A stretch of DNA of 59,907 nucleotides, taken from contig JAFXMI010000044.1 in assembly GCA_017530505.1 (NCBI GenBank), forward strand, positions 1 through 59,907, in the 5' to 3' direction. Of this stretch, positions 49,765-59,907 are shown piece by piece. The stretch is from Clostridia bacterium (GTDB lineage: Bacteria > Bacillota > Clostridia > TANB77 > CAG-508). Under the pieces are notes generated by a model. It worked only from the letters and a program-made list of their open reading frames with translations. It was not told the DNA's origin and made no database searches. Numbering within the stretch: position 1 is the stretch's first letter; each line of letters begins with the position of its first letter. Position numbers and translations under genes: made by a program.

Positions 49765-50007
49765 GTTACAATTCACAGCTTATTTTATAAATTAGGTTAA
49801 GATATAATAGTTTTTTTAAAAATGCTCGTTCAAGCTGAACTGCGTAAGAAATTCACATAAATTTTATGGCACCCTTCCAAGGACAAGCCTTGAATACTTT
49901 CCATAAAATTTATTAGAATTTCTAACTTGCTCACTATCAATGGGCTTTTTTCAAAAATAATTATATCGTAACCTAAGAAATAAGTATAAGAGGCTGTGAA
50001 TTGTAAC
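49765..50007. mobile_element. MITE-like 243-bp element, copy 1
   Basis: The terminal inverted repeats are GTTACAATTCACAGC... (49765-) and ...GCTGTGAATTGTAAC (-50007), extending imperfectly to about 50 bp. The interior carries a 13-bp perfect palindrome, ATAAATTTTATGG...CCATAAAATTTAT. A second copy lies at 59740 in inverted orientation. Confidence 0.7.
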
Positions 50008-50044
50008 GCTTTTTTTAGTTTTAGGAAATATCCTTAAATTTTTG

Positions 50045-50073
50045 TTTACAATAATTTAAAAATGATATATAAT
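50045..50073 (+). promoter_or_regulatory. candidate sigma-A promoter of lysS
   Basis: TTTACA (50045-50050), a 17-nt spacer, then TATAAT (50068-50073). It lies just downstream of the MITE-like element. Confidence 0.5.
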
Positions 50074-50106
50074 AATTAAGAAATTAATAAAAAGGGGCAA
50101 TTTATT

Positions 50107-51588
50107 ATGGAAAATGAAGAACAAGATATGAATCATTTAATGCAAATTAGAATGGATAAGCTTAAAGAACTTCAGGAAAATGGGAAAGATCCTTTTAATA
50201 TTACAGAATATGATAGAACAGAATTTAGTAAACAAATAAAAGACAACTATGAAGAATTTGAAGGAAAAGATGTATCTGTTGCTGGACGTATTATGGCAAA
50301 AAGAATTATGGGTAAAGCGTCTTTTTGTACAATACAGGATTCAACCGGAAAAATTCAAAGTTATGTTAGTATAAATGATTTAGGAGAAGAATCATATAAA
50401 GCATTTAAAACTTTTGATATCGGAGATATTATAGGTCTTAAAGGATTTGTTTTTAAGACTAAAACTGAAGAGATTTCTATTCATGCTAAAGAAGTTGTTC
50501 TTCTAACAAAATCTTTAAGAGATTTACCTGAAAAATTTCATGGTTTAAAAGATACAGATTTACGTTATCGTCAAAGATATGTAGATTTAATTATTAATCC
50601 TGAAGTTAAAGAAACTTTTGAAATAAGAACTGCAATAATAAAAGAAATAAGGAATATATTAGATGAAAAAGGATATTTAGAAGTTGAAACTCCAATTTTA
50701 AATACAATTTCTGGTGGTGCAACAGCTCGTCCATTTATAACTCATCACAATACTTTAGATTTAGATATGTATTTAAGAATTGCAACAGAATTAAATTTAA
50801 AAAGACTAATAGTTGGTGGTTTTGATAAAGTTTATGAGATTGGTAGAATTTTTAGAAATGAAGGAATGGATATTAGACATAATCCAGAATTTACGTCTAT
50901 TGAATTTTATAGTGCATACCAGAATTATCATGATATGATGGATTTAACTGAAGAAATGTTTTCTAGAGTTGCAATGAAAGTCAAAGGAAGTTATAATTTT
51001 TCTTATCAAGGACAAGAATTAGATTTTACACCTGGTGGATGGAAAAAAGTTACTATGATTGATAGTATTAAAGAAGCTTGCGGTGTTGATTTTAATAATA
51101 TTCAAACAGATGAAGATGCTATTAAAATTGCAAAAGAACACAAAATTGAAATTCCAGTTGGAAAAGAAACAAGAGGAAACATTATAGCATTATTTTTTGA
51201 TGAATATGTTGAAAAAACATTGATACAACCAACATTTATTTATGACTATCCAATTGAAGTATCACCACTTGCTAAAAAATGTAAATATGATTCAAGACTA
51301 ACACAAAGATTTGAATTCTTTATTTGTGGAAGAGAATATGGAAACGCTTTTTCAGAATTAAATGATCCTATTGATCAATATGAAAGATTTAAAAAGGAAG
51401 TTGAAGCAAAAGCTAATGGAGATGATGAAGCAGGAATGATGGATGATGATTTTATTAATAGCCTTGAATATGGAATGCCTCCAACAGGTGGTGAAGGAAT
51501 AGGAATAGATAGAATGGTAATGTTATTTACAGATAGTGCCTCAATAAGAGATGTTTTATTTTTCCCAACAATGAAGCCATTAGGATAA
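50107..51588 (+). CDS. lysS: lysine--tRNA ligase (class II)
   Basis: An OB-fold anticodon domain is present. Class II motifs are FRNEG (motif 2 region) and [14 protein letters not shown] (motif 3). Confidence 0.95.
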   Translation: MENEEQDMNHLMQIRMDKLKELQENGKDPFNITEYDRTEFSKQIKDNYEEFEGKDVSVAGRIMAKRIMGKASFCTIQDSTGKIQSYVSINDLGEESYKAFKTFDIGDIIGLKGFVFKTKTEEISIHAKEVVLLTKSLRDLPEKFHGLKDTDLRYRQRYVDLIINPEVKETFEIRTAIIKEIRNILDEKGYLEVETPILNTISGGATARPFITHHNTLDLDMYLRIATELNLKRLIVGGFDKVYEIGRIFRNEGMDIRHNPEFTSIEFYSAYQNYHDMMDLTEEMFSRVAMKVKGSYNFSYQGQELDFTPGGWKKVTMIDSIKEACGVDFNNIQTDEDAIKIAKEHKIEIPVGKETRGNIIALFFDEYVEKTLIQPTFIYDYPIEVSPLAKKCKYDSRLTQRFEFFICGREYGNAFSELNDPIDQYERFKKEVEAKANGDDEAGMMDDDFINSLEYGMPPTGGEGIGIDRMVMLFTDSASIRDVLFFPTMKPLG

Positions 51589-51644
51589 GTACATTTGTAA
51601 ATCAACTAAAACGTTTTATGCCTTACAAGCTTTGCAAATAAAGA

Positions 51645-51884
51645 ATGACAGAAATTTTTATAAAAAAGGAAAAGTCTAAAAAATTATTAAATTATGGAAA
51701 AGTTATGGTGACTCAAATACATGGGGGGGATATTTCTGGTAGTGACCATCAAGTACATGGAGATAAAAGATTGACAAAAGAATTTTCAATAAAGTTAGGA
51801 GATAAATTTGAAATTATAATTGAAAGAAATATTTTAATAAAAAAAGCAATGTGCAAAATGCAAATTGTAAAGGGTATATTATGA
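51645..51884 (+). CDS. small hypothetical protein, possibly an AbrB/SpoVT-type antitoxin-like protein
   Basis: 79-aa ORF. SIKLGDKFEIIIERNILIKK resembles the swapped-hairpin AbrB fold. Its stop overlaps the start of the HipA-like remnant (ATGA). Confidence 0.35.
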   Translation: MTEIFIKKEKSKKLLNYGKVMVTQIHGGDISGSDHQVHGDKRLTKEFSIKLGDKFEIIIERNILIKKAMCKMQIVKGIL

Positions 51885-52347
51885 TAGATTTTACAAAAGC
51901 AATAGAGGAATTAAATACATATAAAGGGTCTGAAAAAAAGAAAACATTAAGATATAATAATAAAAAGTATTTAGTAAAATTTCCAGTTCCAGTAAGAGAA
52001 AAAATAAAAATATATCATATATAAATAATGCTTTTTCAGAGTATATAGGAAGTAATATATTTAAGATTATAGGATTTGAAACGCAAAATACAGTTTTAGG
52101 TATTTATAATTATAATGGAAAAGAAAAAATAGTATGTGCATGTGAAGATTTTACAGATGAACATACAATTCTATATGAATTTGAGAAAGTAGCACTAAGT
52201 ACTAAGCTTGATAAAAAAGTTGAAACCGAATTAACAGATATTATGGAAGTTTTAGAAGAAAGTAAAATTATAAATAATGATATGTTAAAAGAATGCTTCT
52301 GGAATATGTTTATCATAGATATGAAGTATAAAACATGTTTACAATAA
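51881..52347 (+). pseudogene. HipA-like kinase remnant, frame-broken and C-terminally truncated
   Basis: Segment 1 (51881..52024) reads MIDFTKAIEELNTYKGSEKKKTLRYNNKKYLVKFP. Segment 2, in the next frame, reads SYINNAFSEYIGSNIFKIIGFETQNTVLGIYNYNGKEKIVCACEDFTDEH...NMFIID. The break lies in an A-run at about 52005-52012. The catalytic DRH..N region is absent. Confidence 0.5.
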
Positions 52348-52372
52348 ATTAAAAAAATAGGAGTGGTAAAAA

Positions 52373-52909
52373 ATGTACTTTTTCGAAAAAACAAAATGGG
52401 ATAGAAGTGTTATAGCTTTTATTTATTTAATATTAGGAATTGTACTTTTATTATTTCCAAAGCAAACTTTAAGTATAGCAACTAGAATTATTGCTTTTGG
52501 AATTATGAGTCTAGCTGTTATTTACATAGTTATGTTCATTATTAAGAAAGAAGATAGATTTTCAGCAGATTATTTTTATTTAATTATAAGTATTGTTGGA
52601 ATCGGATTAGCAATTTCAATGATTATAAGTCCAACTTGGATTATTGCTGTAATTAACATAGTTGTTGGTATTGTACTTATTATAAATGGAATAGGAAATT
52701 TTAGTACAACTGTAATGATCAGAAAAGATGATAAAATTTGGTGGGCTTTTTCTATTTTACCAATTATTACTTTTGTTTTAGGTTTTGTTATTATGGCAAA
52801 TCCTATTGGAATGGCTAAATTTATGACTAGAATAGAAGGCCTTTCATTAATTACAGATGCTGTTTCTACTTGGATTATTGTATATAGATTGAATAAGTTT
52901 TTAAGTTAA
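52373..52909 (+). CDS. HdeD/DUF308-like multi-pass membrane protein
   Basis: 178 aa with six predicted TM segments in the pattern typical of DUF308 repeats. Confidence 0.55.
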   Translation: MYFFEKTKWDRSVIAFIYLILGIVLLLFPKQTLSIATRIIAFGIMSLAVIYIVMFIIKKEDRFSADYFYLIISIVGIGLAISMIISPTWIIAVINIVVGIVLIINGIGNFSTTVMIRKDDKIWWAFSILPIITFVLGFVIMANPIGMAKFMTRIEGLSLITDAVSTWIIVYRLNKFLS

Positions 52910-53037
52910 TTTGAATAAGAAGATTAATAAATAATTTTAAGAATATATGAGAAAAATGACTTGTTTATTTAAGTTTTATATATTATACTAAAATTAATTA
53001 GTTATGAATAAAAAAGATAACAAAGGAGAAGTTTAAA

Positions 53038-53772
53038 TTGTTTGGTTACGGATTTGATAGAAGAATTTTATATGGTATATTAATAATAATAGTTATATAC
53101 GGTATAATGAGTATGAGTAGTAACGATTGGATTTCAATTATTTTAACACTCCCAGCAGTAATAATAGCTATTACTGTTCACGAATATTCTCATGCAAAGG
53201 CAGCTGATATATTTGGAGATACAACTCCAAAAGCTCAAGAAAGACTAACTCTAAATCCTTTGAAACATATTGATCCAGTTGGATTTGTTTTATTAATGTT
53301 TGCTCATGTTGGTTGGGGGAAACCAGTTGAAATTAATCCTAATAATTTTACAAGTAATAAATCAAGAGATTATTGTGAAGCAATGGTTTCGCTTGCTGGA
53401 CCATTATCTAATTTTATTTTGGCATTTCTATTAGTATTCTTATCTAGATTAATTAGTATTTTTTCACCTAATTTAATATATAGTTTTTATGGAAGTTTAT
53501 TTTTACTACTTATTGAGATTACAATAATGATTAATATTGGGCTTGGAGTTTTTAATCTAATTCCACTTCCACCATTAGATGGAGAAAAAATTTTTAAATC
53601 TATTTTACCATATAAGGCTAAAGAATGGTTAGATAGAAATAATAGTATTTTTAATATTGTTTTTATTACTTTATGGATTACAGGAAAATTATCTATAGTT
53701 GTTTCACCAATAGTTGAATTTATAAATAAAGGAATGGTTAATTTAGTGTATTTATTAACTATGTGGATATAG
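53038..53772 (+). CDS. site-2 protease family (M50) intramembrane metalloprotease
   Basis: HEYSHA (HExxH) lies in a TM segment. The downstream NLIPLPPLDG motif is present. Confidence 0.8.
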   Translation: MFGYGFDRRILYGILIIIVIYGIMSMSSNDWISIILTLPAVIIAITVHEYSHAKAADIFGDTTPKAQERLTLNPLKHIDPVGFVLLMFAHVGWGKPVEINPNNFTSNKSRDYCEAMVSLAGPLSNFILAFLLVFLSRLISIFSPNLIYSFYGSLFLLLIEITIMINIGLGVFNLIPLPPLDGEKIFKSILPYKAKEWLDRNNSIFNIVFITLWITGKLSIVVSPIVEFINKGMVNLVYLLTMWI

Positions 53773-53781
53773 GAGAAAAAT

Positions 53782-55920
53782 ATGAACAAAGGAAGAGTTT
53801 TATTTAATATTAATTCGGAAGGAAAAAATTATTGTGTATACTTATCTAATTCAAACCAATTAAATGCGTTCGCATATAGTAGATTAGACGATTTCCATTT
53901 TGTAAAAGAACCAAATGAGATTGAGTTCATTAATTCTATAATAAAAAAACTAAATAAAAGATATGTACGTAGAGAAGAGATAAATTATCAAGATGAAAAA
54001 ATAGTTAGATTTGAGAATATATATAGTAAATTAAGTTATTTTGCAAAAGAAGATTTAAATGGAGCTTTAAAGGTATGTAATTATAATGATTATAGTTCTT
54101 TATATGACAAATATAATGGTATTAAAGTAGATTATGATTACTTATCTTATTATGATGGCAGAAATTCTGATGGCTTTTTTGAGGAAGCACCTGCCACTAG
54201 TCAAAGAGGAAGGCATAAACCAGGGAAAATAAGAAAAGTTATTGCTATAGCTGGAACTATAGTTACAATAACTTTATCAGCTTTAGGTGTTAATTCTTTA
54301 ATAAAAGGTGAATTGCCACAAGTTACAGCACCAGAAACTACAATAACTCAGACCGTTGAAGAAACAAAAGGAACATCAGAAATTGTCGTTGGAGAAAACG
54401 AAGAAGAGCCTGAAGGAATTGGAAACAGTGTTCCCGAAGAGCTAGAACAACCTGAATCAGATTCTATTGATTGGGTATTTGATAACTTTGGTAAGGTTGA
54501 TTTAAAAGCTGATACTTCAAAAAAACAAGATTTAAGAGATAATTATAAATCAATAGAAGAACAATTAAGAGAACAAGGTTTAGAAAACTGGGAAATATGT
54601 GTAGCGTTAAATGATATAGCTGTTAGAGAACTTAAAAATATGTCTTTTATTTATGATGGGGAAAATGATGAAATAATATATGTTTACCAAAGATTACCTG
54701 AAAAGGAAAAGGATAATTCTAGTTCAGAAACTAGTATTGTACCTGATAATGTACAAATTTTATTAGATGCAGTTAAGAATAATAAATATTTAACAGAGGA
54801 TGAAAAAGAGTTTATAATTAGGACAAATAAGGATTATTGGGTTAAAAATGCAGATAAATTAGATATTGAAGAAATTTGGTTTAGATTAAGTTGTTTAAAA
54901 ATTGAATATCATGATGGCATATTAGATGTAGATAGTTCTGAAGTTCCAGGAACAAGTGCTGAAGGATATTATAAAAGTAGTATAATTTCTTCAAGTAGAG
55001 ATGAAATTAGAGATATGATTAATTCCGGAGAAATAAGAGGAGAAAAGGTTAGTGAAATACATATCTCAAATTTTACTAAATTTGATTCGGAAAAATATGA
55101 ACAGACATTTGCTCATGAATGTAATCATATTGTAGGTAATTTTAGAGGAATAAGTATATTATTAAACGAAGGATATACTGAACTATCAAATCCAATGGGT
55201 AGATTTAATAATTATCAATTTGAACAATTAATGGCTGTTATGTTTATTAGAACATTTGGACCTGAAGTAATGAAAGACGGATATTATGGATTTGACTTAG
55301 AAAATGCACTTGTAAATAAATTAGTTGAAGTAACAAAAAGAGACATAAGTGAAGTTGAAGAAGAAATTTTTCAACTTTTAAAGCAAGTACAATCTGCACT
55401 TTATAATATAACTGGAAGAAATCATAATATGAATAAAGGACTTTTTGCAGATTATATTCCTAGAGATGAATTAACTGAAATTCTTGATGCTTTGTCTAGC
55501 TATTCAGAATTAATAAATGGTAAACCATTAAAGGAAAATGCTTTTAATCGTTTAGTTATTGACGCATTAACAGGAAAAAGAGATGCAGAGAGTTATCGAT
55601 CTGATGATGAAAATATTAATTATCTTGATTTTAATGTTAACACTGGAGAGGGAAATGTAATGTTAGTTACACCAGCAAATTATAATTATGATTCTAGAAA
55701 AAAAACAGAGTATATATTAATTGAAGGGAGTTCTATTGGTTATGATCGTACTACTTTTGTGCATACAGATGTAACAGGTTCATTTACTAGAAAACAATCT
55801 TCATTAGATAGCGATCCGACAAGAATAAGTGATATAGAAATAGATTACAATAGTGACAGAACTGGTGAATTTGGAGAATCTCAAGACCAAACTAATGATG
55901 GAGAAGATATTTATCGTTAA
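53782..55920 (+). CDS. large membrane-anchored hypothetical protein with a HExxH motif
   Basis: 712-aa ORF with a single TM helix (VIAIAGTIVTITLSALGV). FAHECNHIVGNF is a candidate zinc-metalloprotease site. The gene is translationally close-coupled to the M50 gene. Confidence 0.6.
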   Translation: MNKGRVLFNINSEGKNYCVYLSNSNQLNAFAYSRLDDFHFVKEPNEIEFINSIIKKLNKRYVRREEINYQDEKIVRFENIYSKLSYFAKEDLNGALKVCNYNDYSSLYDKYNGIKVDYDYLSYYDGRNSDGFFEEAPATSQRGRHKPGKIRKVIAIAGTIVTITLSALGVNSLIKGELPQVTAPETTITQTVEETKGTSEIVVGENEEEPEGIGNSVPEELEQPESDSIDWVFDNFGKVDLKADTSKKQDLRDNYKSIEEQLREQGLENWEICVALNDIAVRELKNMSFIYDGENDEIIYVYQRLPEKEKDNSSSETSIVPDNVQILLDAVKNNKYLTEDEKEFIIRTNKDYWVKNADKLDIEEIWFRLSCLKIEYHDGILDVDSSEVPGTSAEGYYKSSIISSSRDEIRDMINSGEIRGEKVSEIHISNFTKFDSEKYEQTFAHECNHIVGNFRGISILLNEGYTELSNPMGRFNNYQFEQLMAVMFIRTFGPEVMKDGYYGFDLENALVNKLVEVTKRDISEVEEEIFQLLKQVQSALYNITGRNHNMNKGLFADYIPRDELTEILDALSSYSELINGKPLKENAFNRLVIDALTGKRDAESYRSDDENINYLDFNVNTGEGNVMLVTPANYNYDSRKKTEYILIEGSSIGYDRTTFVHTDVTGSFTRKQSSLDSDPTRISDIEIDYNSDRTGEFGESQDQTNDGEDIYR

Positions 55921-55959
55921 CTTAAAAACAGATTTTATAAATTAATATATAGGAGTATT

Positions 55960-56955
55960 ATGAAAGACACAATTATACTTGGAATTGAATCTAGTTGTGA
56001 TGAAACTTCTGTTGCTGTTGTTAAAAATGGCAGAGAAGTTTTATCTAATATTATTAATTCTCAAATTAAAGTACATGAATTATATGGTGGTGTTGTTCCA
56101 GAAATTGCATCAAGAATGCATGTAGAAGCTATTAATTTAATAACCAAAGAAGCTGTTCAAAAAGCTAATTGTACTCTTAAAGATATTGACGCAATTGCTG
56201 TTACACAAGGCCCTGGTTTGGTTGGAGCTCTTTTAGTAGGGGTATCTTATGCTAAAGGTTTAAGTCTAGCGATTCAAAAGCCATTAATAGCTGTAAATCA
56301 CATTGAAGGGCATATTGCTGGAAATTATTTAACGTATAAACAATTAAAACCACCATTTTTATGTCTTATTATTTCAGGTGGGCATACACATTTGGTAAAT
56401 GTAAAAACATATACAGAGTTTGAAATTTTAGGCAAAACGCGTGATGATGCAATTGGTGAAGCTTTTGATAAAGTGGCTAGAGTAGTTGGATTAGGATATC
56501 CAGGAGGACCAAAAGTTGAAAAACTAGCAAAAGAAGGAGAAGCAAATATAGAACTTCCAGTAACACATCTTGATAATTATGATTTTAGTTTTAGTGGAAT
56601 AAAAACAAAAGTTATTAATTTAAATCATAATAATAAATATATAAATAAAAGTAATTTATGTGCTAGTTTTCAAAAAGCTGTTACAGAAATGCTATTATAT
56701 AATGTAAGAAAAGCAGTTAAAGATTTTAAAGTAGATAAGATTTGTTTAGCTGGTGGAGTTTCATGTAATTCTTATATAAGAGGAGCTTTTGATGAGTTAT
56801 CTAGCAAACTAAATATTAAAGTATATTATCCTGAACCTGTTTTTTGCACTGATAATGGAGCTATGATAGCATCAATGGGTTACTATAATTATATTAATGG
56901 AAAAAAAGCCGATTTAAATTTAAATGCAATTCCTAATTTAAAAATAGGAGAGTAG
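55960..56955 (+). CDS. tsaD: tRNA N6-adenosine threonylcarbamoyltransferase
   Basis: [17 protein letters not shown] and the GGVSCN blocks are present. Confidence 0.9.
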   Translation: MKDTIILGIESSCDETSVAVVKNGREVLSNIINSQIKVHELYGGVVPEIASRMHVEAINLITKEAVQKANCTLKDIDAIAVTQGPGLVGALLVGVSYAKGLSLAIQKPLIAVNHIEGHIAGNYLTYKQLKPPFLCLIISGGHTHLVNVKTYTEFEILGKTRDDAIGEAFDKVARVVGLGYPGGPKVEKLAKEGEANIELPVTHLDNYDFSFSGIKTKVINLNHNNKYINKSNLCASFQKAVTEMLLYNVRKAVKDFKVDKICLAGGVSCNSYIRGAFDELSSKLNIKVYYPEPVFCTDNGAMIASMGYYNYINGKKADLNLNAIPNLKIGE

Positions 56956-56987
56956 TATAGAAGAGAAATAATAGAAGGGAGACAAAG

Positions 56988-57689
56988 ATGTCTATATTTG
57001 CAATAGCAGATTTACATTTGTCTTTTAAAGTTGATAAACCAATGAATATTTTTGGTCTTAATTGGGAATCTCATGAAGAAAAGATAAAAAGTAATTGGAT
57101 AGAAAAAGTAAATCGTGAAGATACAGTAATTATCCCAGGAGATTTTTCATGGGCAACTTATTTAAATGAAGCTAAAGAAGATTTTGAATTTTTAAATTCT
57201 CTTCCAGGAAAGAAAATATTGTCTAAGGGAAATCATGATTATTGGTGGACAACAGTCTCAAAAATGAAAAATTTTTTGAAAGAAAATAATTTTGAACAAA
57301 TAGATTTTTTATATAATAATAGTTTTTTAGCTGAAGATAAAATTATAGTTGGAGCTAAAGGTTGGGTTACTAATATAAAATCAAAAGAAAACTTAAAAAT
57401 ATTAAAACGCGAAAATTTAAGATTAGAATTTTCTATAATAGATGGAATTAAAAAATTTGGAAATGATAAAGAAATTATAGCTTTTCTCCATTATCCACCT
57501 TTTTTTAAAGAACAAGCTGATACCGAAGTTGATCTAATAAATACTCTGAAAAAATATAATATAAAAAAATGTTACTATGGACATTTACATGGTGATTCTC
57601 ATAAAGAGGCAATTGAAGGAATTGTAGATGGAATATATTATAAATTAATAAGTTCGGATTATTTAGATTTTGATCTTATAAAAATATAA
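56988..57689 (+). CDS. metallophosphoesterase
   Basis: The calcineurin-like motifs are DLHL, GDFSW, GNHDYWW, HYPP and GHLHG. Confidence 0.8.
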   Translation: MSIFAIADLHLSFKVDKPMNIFGLNWESHEEKIKSNWIEKVNREDTVIIPGDFSWATYLNEAKEDFEFLNSLPGKKILSKGNHDYWWTTVSKMKNFLKENNFEQIDFLYNNSFLAEDKIIVGAKGWVTNIKSKENLKILKRENLRLEFSIIDGIKKFGNDKEIIAFLHYPPFFKEQADTEVDLINTLKKYNIKKCYYGHLHGDSHKEAIEGIVDGIYYKLISSDYLDFDLIKI

Positions 57690-57779
57690 AAATATTTTAT
57701 AGCTTCCTTAAAATTCTATTGAAAACTTATTATGCTTGTGTTAAACTATAAATATATAAATAGGAAAGAGGTAATACTT

Positions 57780-57878
57780 ATGAAAATATTAAAGAAAATA
57801 TTAGCAGGAATTTTATGTTTAATGATGGTATTGTCTGTTTGTGGGACATTGATATATTATTTAGTTTCAGCAATTTAA
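57780..57878 (+). CDS. 32-aa hydrophobic peptide (lipobox-like ..LSVCG..)
   Basis: An AGGAAAGAGG lies upstream of ATG 57780. The peptide is MKILKKILAGILCLMMVLSVCGTLIYYLVSAI. It is below the track cut-off. Confidence 0.35.
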   Translation: MKILKKILAGILCLMMVLSVCGTLIYYLVSAI

Positions 57879-57907
57879 TTTTATTTTGAAGAAGGTGGTA
57901 ACAAAAA

Positions 57908-58777
57908 TTGGAAACTTTTATGCAACCAATTAATGATTTATATAAAGTTAATATATGGAATTATTTTTTAGAAATTATTTCTAACCCATTTAGATTAATA
58001 CTAGGGATAATAGATTTAGTTATTGTCCTATTTTTAGTATATTATTCTTTTAAAATTTTAAAAAATACTAGAGCTTGGCAATTAATAAAAGGTATAGTAA
58101 TTCTAATAATTATAACAGTATTAAGCAAAGTATTAAAACTTAATATTTTAAATTACATATTATCTGTTGTTATGACATACGGTGCTTTTGTTTGTATTGT
58201 AATTTTCCAACCTGAACTTAGGAGAGCTTTAGAACAGTTAGGTGCAAATAAAATTACTAATTATTTTGGAATAAATAAAGATATAGAAGCAAGGAAAAAA
58301 GAAAATGTTTATAGAATTGCTATTGCAGCAATTGAACTATCAAAAACTAAAACAGGTGCATTAATTGTCATTCAAAGAGATGTTAAAATTCAAGATATAA
58401 TTGCAACTGGAATACCTATTGATGCAGAAATTTCTCCACAGCTTTTATGTAATATTTTTGTTCCAAATACACCGCTTCATGATGGAGCAGTTATAATTAG
58501 TGAAGGTAGAATAGCTGCGGCATCTTGTATGTTACCTCTTGCTGATGATCATGATATTGCAAGAGAACTTGGCACAAGACATAGAGCTGCAATTGGAATA
58601 TCTAAGGAATCAGATGCAATAGCTGTTGTTGTTTCTGAAGAAACAGGGAAAATATCAATTACAAAAGACGGAACATTAATCGCAGATGTTAGAGAAGATG
58701 TATTAAAGAAAATATTAATAAAATATTTAGTAACAGAAGAAAAAACGTTCCCAAAAGAGAGCCAAGAACAAAAATAA
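57908..58777 (+). CDS. cdaA: diadenylate cyclase CdaA
   Basis: Three N-terminal TM helices precede a DAC domain with the DGAVII and GTRHRAA motifs. TTG 57908 follows GAAGGTGG; ATG 57920 is the alternative start. Confidence 0.85.
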   Translation: METFMQPINDLYKVNIWNYFLEIISNPFRLILGIIDLVIVLFLVYYSFKILKNTRAWQLIKGIVILIIITVLSKVLKLNILNYILSVVMTYGAFVCIVIFQPELRRALEQLGANKITNYFGINKDIEARKKENVYRIAIAAIELSKTKTGALIVIQRDVKIQDIIATGIPIDAEISPQLLCNIFVPNTPLHDGAVIISEGRIAAASCMLPLADDHDIARELGTRHRAAIGISKESDAIAVVVSEETGKISITKDGTLIADVREDVLKKILIKYLVTEEKTFPKESQEQK

Positions 58778-58792
58778 ATAGGTTATATATTT

Positions 58793-59638
58793 TTATATAA
58801 ATTTATTTATTGCTTCTGCAAACGCACCACTTGAAACATTATTTTTAGTAATGTAGTCTGCAATAGATTTAATTTCATCATATGCGTCTGCGACAGCAAT
58901 ACCTATTCCTGAATTTTTTATCATTTCTAAATCATTAACATTATCACCAATAGCAAGCATGTTTTCATGTGGAATATTTAAAATATTTGATAAATATTTT
59001 AAGCCTTGATTTTTATCAATCTTACTAGGTGCTATATTTAAATACTCATATTCTTTATTAGTAATAAAATCTTTAAATTCTCCTTTTTTTATAATTAGGT
59101 TTGTACTAACAGAAATATTTTTTTGTATTTCTGTTTCAAAATCTAACATTGATCCTTCAGAAGTTATTACTAAACTAAAAATATTTGGATTCTCTTTTTC
59201 AATAAATTCTTCTATTGTTGGTACAATAAAAAATTTTAATTCTGTAGAGTTTTCATCTTTTAAAATATAATTACGAAGATCCATATATTTTAATTCTTCA
59301 GTTACAATTGAATCTTCAGTATAAAAATGTATATGTAAATTTTGACTTCTTGCAAATTTTATACAATAATCTATATTTTCTTTTTTTAGAACTTTTCTAG
59401 CAAGTTCTTTTTTTTCTTTTAAATTAACAATTTGAGTTCCATTTCCAAAAATTCCATAATCAGCTTTTAATTTTTTACACACGGTACTAGATACAGAATA
59501 AGATTTACCAGTACAAATAACAAAAGGAAGATTCTTCTCATGAATTTTGTCTATTGCTAAAAAATTTTGATTACATATATTATTATTTTTATCTATAATT
59601 GTTCCATCTAAATCACTTGCAATTAGTTTAATTTTCAT
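58793..59638 (-). CDS. Cof-type HAD-IIB family hydrolase
   Basis: DLDGT lies at the N-terminus, with GDNVNDLEM near the C-terminus and a cap domain between them. Confidence 0.8.
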   Translation of the reverse strand: MKIKLIASDLDGTIIDKNNNICNQNFLAIDKIHEKNLPFVICTGKSYSVSSTVCKKLKADYGIFGNGTQIVNLKEKKELARKVLKKENIDYCIKFARSQNLHIHFYTEDSIVTEELKYMDLRNYILKDENSTELKFFIVPTIEEFIEKENPNIFSLVITSEGSMLDFETEIQKNISVSTNLIIKKGEFKDFITNKEYEYLNIAPSKIDKNQGLKYLSNILNIPHENMLAIGDNVNDLEMIKNSGIGIAVADAYDEIKSIADYITKNNVSSGAFAEAINKFI

Positions 59639-59739
59639 TTATATTTTTTCTCCTATAAATAATATAAAAAATTATATCACTAATTATAAAAAAAAACAAT
59701 ACAAAATCTAACCCTTTATGTTATAATAATATTGTATTG

Positions 59740-59907
59740 GTTACAATTTACAGCTTATTTAATAAATTAGGTTACGATATAATTATTTTTGAAAAAAGCG
59801 CATTAATAGTGAGCAAGTTAGAAATTCTAATAAATTTTATGGAAAGAGTTCAAGGCTTGTCCTTGGAAGGGTGCCATAAAATTTATGTGAATTTCTTACG
59901 CAGTTCA
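59740..59907. mobile_element. MITE-like element, copy 2 (inverted relative to copy 1, cut by the window end)
   Basis: GTTACAATTTACAGCTTATTTAATAAATTAGGTTACGATATAATTATT is followed by an interior that is the reverse complement of 49830-49960 with a few substitutions. Confidence 0.7.

Overview
This is a very AT-rich chromosomal segment from a spore-forming, Clostridia-like Firmicute. Markers for that placement are sigH, spoIIM, sipW, rny, a type-B RNase P RNA and a glmS ribozyme. Most genes are housekeeping and lie on the + strand: trpS, obg, glmS (-), a DtxR-type regulator with sufC-(insert)-sufBDSU, a flavodiiron protein with rubredoxin, a TasA/SipW-like secreted-fibre locus, pyrC-pyrF-pyrK-pyrD, metK, dapA-HD-dapB, rnpB, a pilin-like gene, an EndoQ-like gene, spoIIM, xerD, rny, sigH, tRNA-Thr(GGU), pyk, miaB, mutS, a CobW-type GTPase, lysS, tsaD and cdaA. 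Accessory content includes a 4.5-kb restriction-modification islet next to the tRNA, flanked by two copies of a structured ~130-nt element. There is also a 243-bp MITE-like element in two inverted copies, an IS30 remnant, a decayed AbrB/HipA-like pair and a frame-broken surface protein. No CRISPR array or rRNA was seen. Main observation: ten conserved genes or gene segments (obg, glmS, dtxR-like, sipW three times, metK, HD hydrolase, dapB, spoIIM) are each interrupted at an in-frame CGG. In every case reading resumes one base later on GGA or GGT, at a position where the protein family has a conserved glycine. By hand scan I found no in-frame CGG inside any uninterrupted ORF, while about 65 out-of-frame CGG trinucleotides cause no break. 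This looks like genome-wide +1 recoding or four-base decoding at CGG. A systematic sequencing artefact is the main alternative and cannot be excluded without reads. A second unexplained object is a GC-rich, purine-tract-containing segment of about 185 nt at the 3' end of the pilin-like gene.
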